NCBI GenBank assembly: GCA_046757025.1
Contig: JBHHXN010000129.1
Coordinates: forward strand, 1 to 14,940
Direction: 5' to 3'
Source of the DNA: a bacterium
GTDB lineage: Bacteria; Zhuqueibacterota; Zhuqueibacteria; Oceanimicrobiales; Oceanimicrobiaceae
Length of the DNA: 14,940 nucleotides
The position numbers were made by a program, and so were the translations under genes. Below, piece after piece: positions 12,965 through 14,940 of the stretch; the first letter of the stretch is position 1; each line of letters opens with the position of its first letter. The notes under the pieces are model-generated. The model saw only the letters and a list, made by a program, of their open reading frames with translations, was not told the DNA's origin and made no database searches.

Positions 12965-14940
12965 CTACTGCCACTCCTCCCACCACCCTTCCTGCGTGTG
13001 CGCCGGGGTGGGTTCCTCCTCCTCTTCTTCACGTTCCGGCCAGCCAACTCGCAGATCGTTCCAGTGCAGCAAGGTGTTGAACACCATGGCGTGGCTGCCG
13101 TGCGTTTCCCAGCGCCAGAAAGGCCGGATGGCAAACAACACCACGTGCCCTTCTCCCACTGGTACATCTACCACGGCCGGTGCGCCGGCGAGCTCCTTTT
13201 CGCCGCGCAGCATGCCGCTGAGCAGCAGTTTTTTCTTCGGAAAACTCAGCACCACTCGCGGCACCTCTTTGGCCCACACTTCGTCTTTAAACCAGTCGGG
13301 TGTGGCGTAATTGCCCACCCTTTTGTTGATGCTAAAAACCGGCGCCTGGTTAAAATAGACCGCCAGGGTGTCTGCGTAGCCGTACATGATGGGACTGAGC
13401 GAGTCTTTCACCATGGCTTTCAAAACCGTGCCCCTGGCCATCAAATCTTTCGTACGCTTGATACGGATGTTTCTGGTGATGGCCATGTCGATGGGAAAAG
13501 CCGCGGTGCTGCCTTCGGTGATAAACACGCCGCCGTTTTCGATGAATGTTTTCAGGTTTTTAAGGCCATCGTAGCCCATGCCCTGGCGCAGGTCTTTGGT
13601 TTCATCGATTTTGCCCAAGTGTGGAAAATCTGGATTGGTCTCCCAGGGGATGGGATCGCCGGCTGCGGTGGTGCCAGCCACCAGACGCTGCGGAGAAGCC
13701 CAGGTGCGCGGCAAAATGACCACATTAAATTTAGTCAAATCGGTTGTGGCCAGGTCCTGCTCGGAAAGATAGGTGTACGGGATTTCGATTTCGTCAAAGG
13801 CGTACTGCCACCAGCCGGCGTCCTGCGGCGTGGAAACCCAGGTGTGCACCAGCGCGACTTTCGGCACTTCCACTTCGTGGGTTTTTATCTTAGGTAGCCG
13901 GGAAACTCCGGTCAATTGTAAACCCAATTCTTCGGCGGTTTTTTGCAATTGCTCTCCTAAATTGGTGGGATTATCTTTGGTTGGAATGATCAGCGTACCG
14001 GCATGAAATTTTTGTTTTCCGATTTTAAATTCCTGCTCCGCCGCCAGCATTTTGACCTCGGACAGTTTAAATCGGAACACCGCCACGTGATCTTCCGTGT
14101 TGTGGTCCAGCAAATAATAATTTTTACCTTTGCGGTTTAAGCCACCGACGATTTCCACCGGCGCCGTGACTGGCGACATTTTTGCTGAAAGAATCGCTGG
14201 ATCGTCCGCACGGAAACATTCCACCTGGCGCAAGTAGGGCAAACACCAGCCGGTGTCATCGTATGGCGGTCGGGCATCTTTTGGAAAATTCTGTTTATCC
14301 AATAAAATCCGTGCCAGGGTGCGATAGGGTTGATTCATGCGGATAACGTAAGAACCTTTCGCGGCTTTCTGCATTTTGGATTTAGCCTTTTCAGAAGTTT
14401 TGCCATTGGTTGAAGATGCGTCGGGCTCTTTCTTCGGAGGTTTTAAAGACCACTGCAATTCTTCATCAGCTTGATGGACCTCCAACCCCTGCTGCAGAAG
14501 CAAATTGACAAAATCCGCCGTGGCTATGGAGCGTTTTTGTTTTTGCGGAATCACCCAGGCATGAGGCGCTTCCGCCCGGCCGGCCTGCACCGCTTTTTTG
14601 ACTTTAAGGTAAAAATTTTCAACAAAATCCTGGCGATTTTCCGCCACATATTTTAAGCCTGTCAACACCCCGCTCTGCATGTAATTGGTGTTGTTTCGGA
14701 AGGACCACATGGTTTTTTTCAGCGGCGGATTTGGGCGGTACCACTCCACGGATGTGCGGCGGCTTTGCAGCTTGCGTTCTTTCGTCTCCGGGATGGAATT
14801 CCCAAACGTCTCATAAAACCGTCCGATGGCGTTGCGGTTGTTGGCCGTCCAGATCAGGTAATTAGCCGCCCAGCCGTTATAAAAGCCGTGCGTCCAGACG
14901 CCGGGCATGCCGCGTTTGGTCAGCTCCGTCACTTCTTCGT
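12965..14940 (-). CDS. M14-like zinc carboxypeptidase family protein, C-terminal part with a class I glutamine amidotransferase-like domain; 5' end lies outside the window
   Basis: The frame is open to the right edge. GFYNGWAANY...NAIGRFYETFG resembles the end of an M14 catalytic domain. Also GSYVIRMNQPY, PPYDDTGWCLP, DAGWWQYAFD, LKTFIENGGVFI and GHVVLFAIRPFWR. The zinc ligands are not in the window. Confidence 0.7.
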   Translation of the reverse strand, partial: EEVTELTKRGMPGVWTHGFYNGWAANYLIWTANNRNAIGRFYETFGNSIPETKERKLQSRRTSVEWYRPNPPLKKTMWSFRNNTNYMQSGVLTGLKYVAENRQDFVENFYLKVKKAVQAGRAEAPHAWVIPQKQKRSIATADFVNLLLQQGLEVHQADEELQWSLKPPKKEPDASSTNGKTSEKAKSKMQKAAKGSYVIRMNQPYRTLARILLDKQNFPKDARPPYDDTGWCLPYLRQVECFRADDPAILSAKMSPVTAPVEIVGGLNRKGKNYYLLDHNTEDHVAVFRFKLSEVKMLAAEQEFKIGKQKFHAGTLIIPTKDNPTNLGEQLQKTAEELGLQLTGVSRLPKIKTHEVEVPKVALVHTWVSTPQDAGWWQYAFDEIEIPYTYLSEQDLATTDLTKFNVVILPRTWASPQRLVAGTTAAGDPIPWETNPDFPHLGKIDETKDLRQGMGYDGLKNLKTFIENGGVFITEGSTAAFPIDMAITRNIRIKRTKDLMARGTVLKAMVKDSLSPIMYGYADTLAVYFNQAPVFSINKRVGNYATPDWFKDEVWAKEVPRVVLSFPKKKLLLSGMLRGEKELAGAPAVVDVPVGEGHVVLFAIRPFWRWETHGSHAMVFNTLLHWNDLRVGWPEREEEEEEPTPAHTQEGWWEEWQ

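Noticed and set aside
3883..14656. Many short or antisense ORFs overlapping the large genes (e.g. 4445-5077, 5216-5824, 11013-11681, 12998-13897)
   Set aside because: They are typical shadows of GC-rich coding strands and overlap genes with convincing family motifs.

Overview
A 14.9 kb bacterial window, probably FCB-related (KSB1/Calditrichota-like; inferred only from PNPFNP...KxxxLK T9SS/FlgD-type C-terminal domains). It holds five minus-strand exported peptidase-family genes: a partial M14-like protein, an S9 peptidase, an S8 subtilase, a NIDO/metzincin-like protein, and an M1-like protein that the ORF track misses and that has lost all three zinc ligands. A TIGR01777 oxidoreductase lies on the plus strand. 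The AT-rich intergenic DNA is layered with small mobile and palindromic elements. The best case is a 463-bp transposase-free cassette (9742-10204) with perfect 12-bp GTAA-type terminal inverted repeats (TIRs) and an 8-bp target-site duplication (TSD). It carries a small GIY-YIG nuclease gene, broken by one TAA, between two inverted, covarying TGTCA-hairpins. A geneless pair of the same hairpin type sits inside a second MITE-like element (3717-3876), which itself inserted into a different REP-like palindrome whose intact form is visible at 6419-6437. All calls come from reading the sequence by eye; no searches were run.
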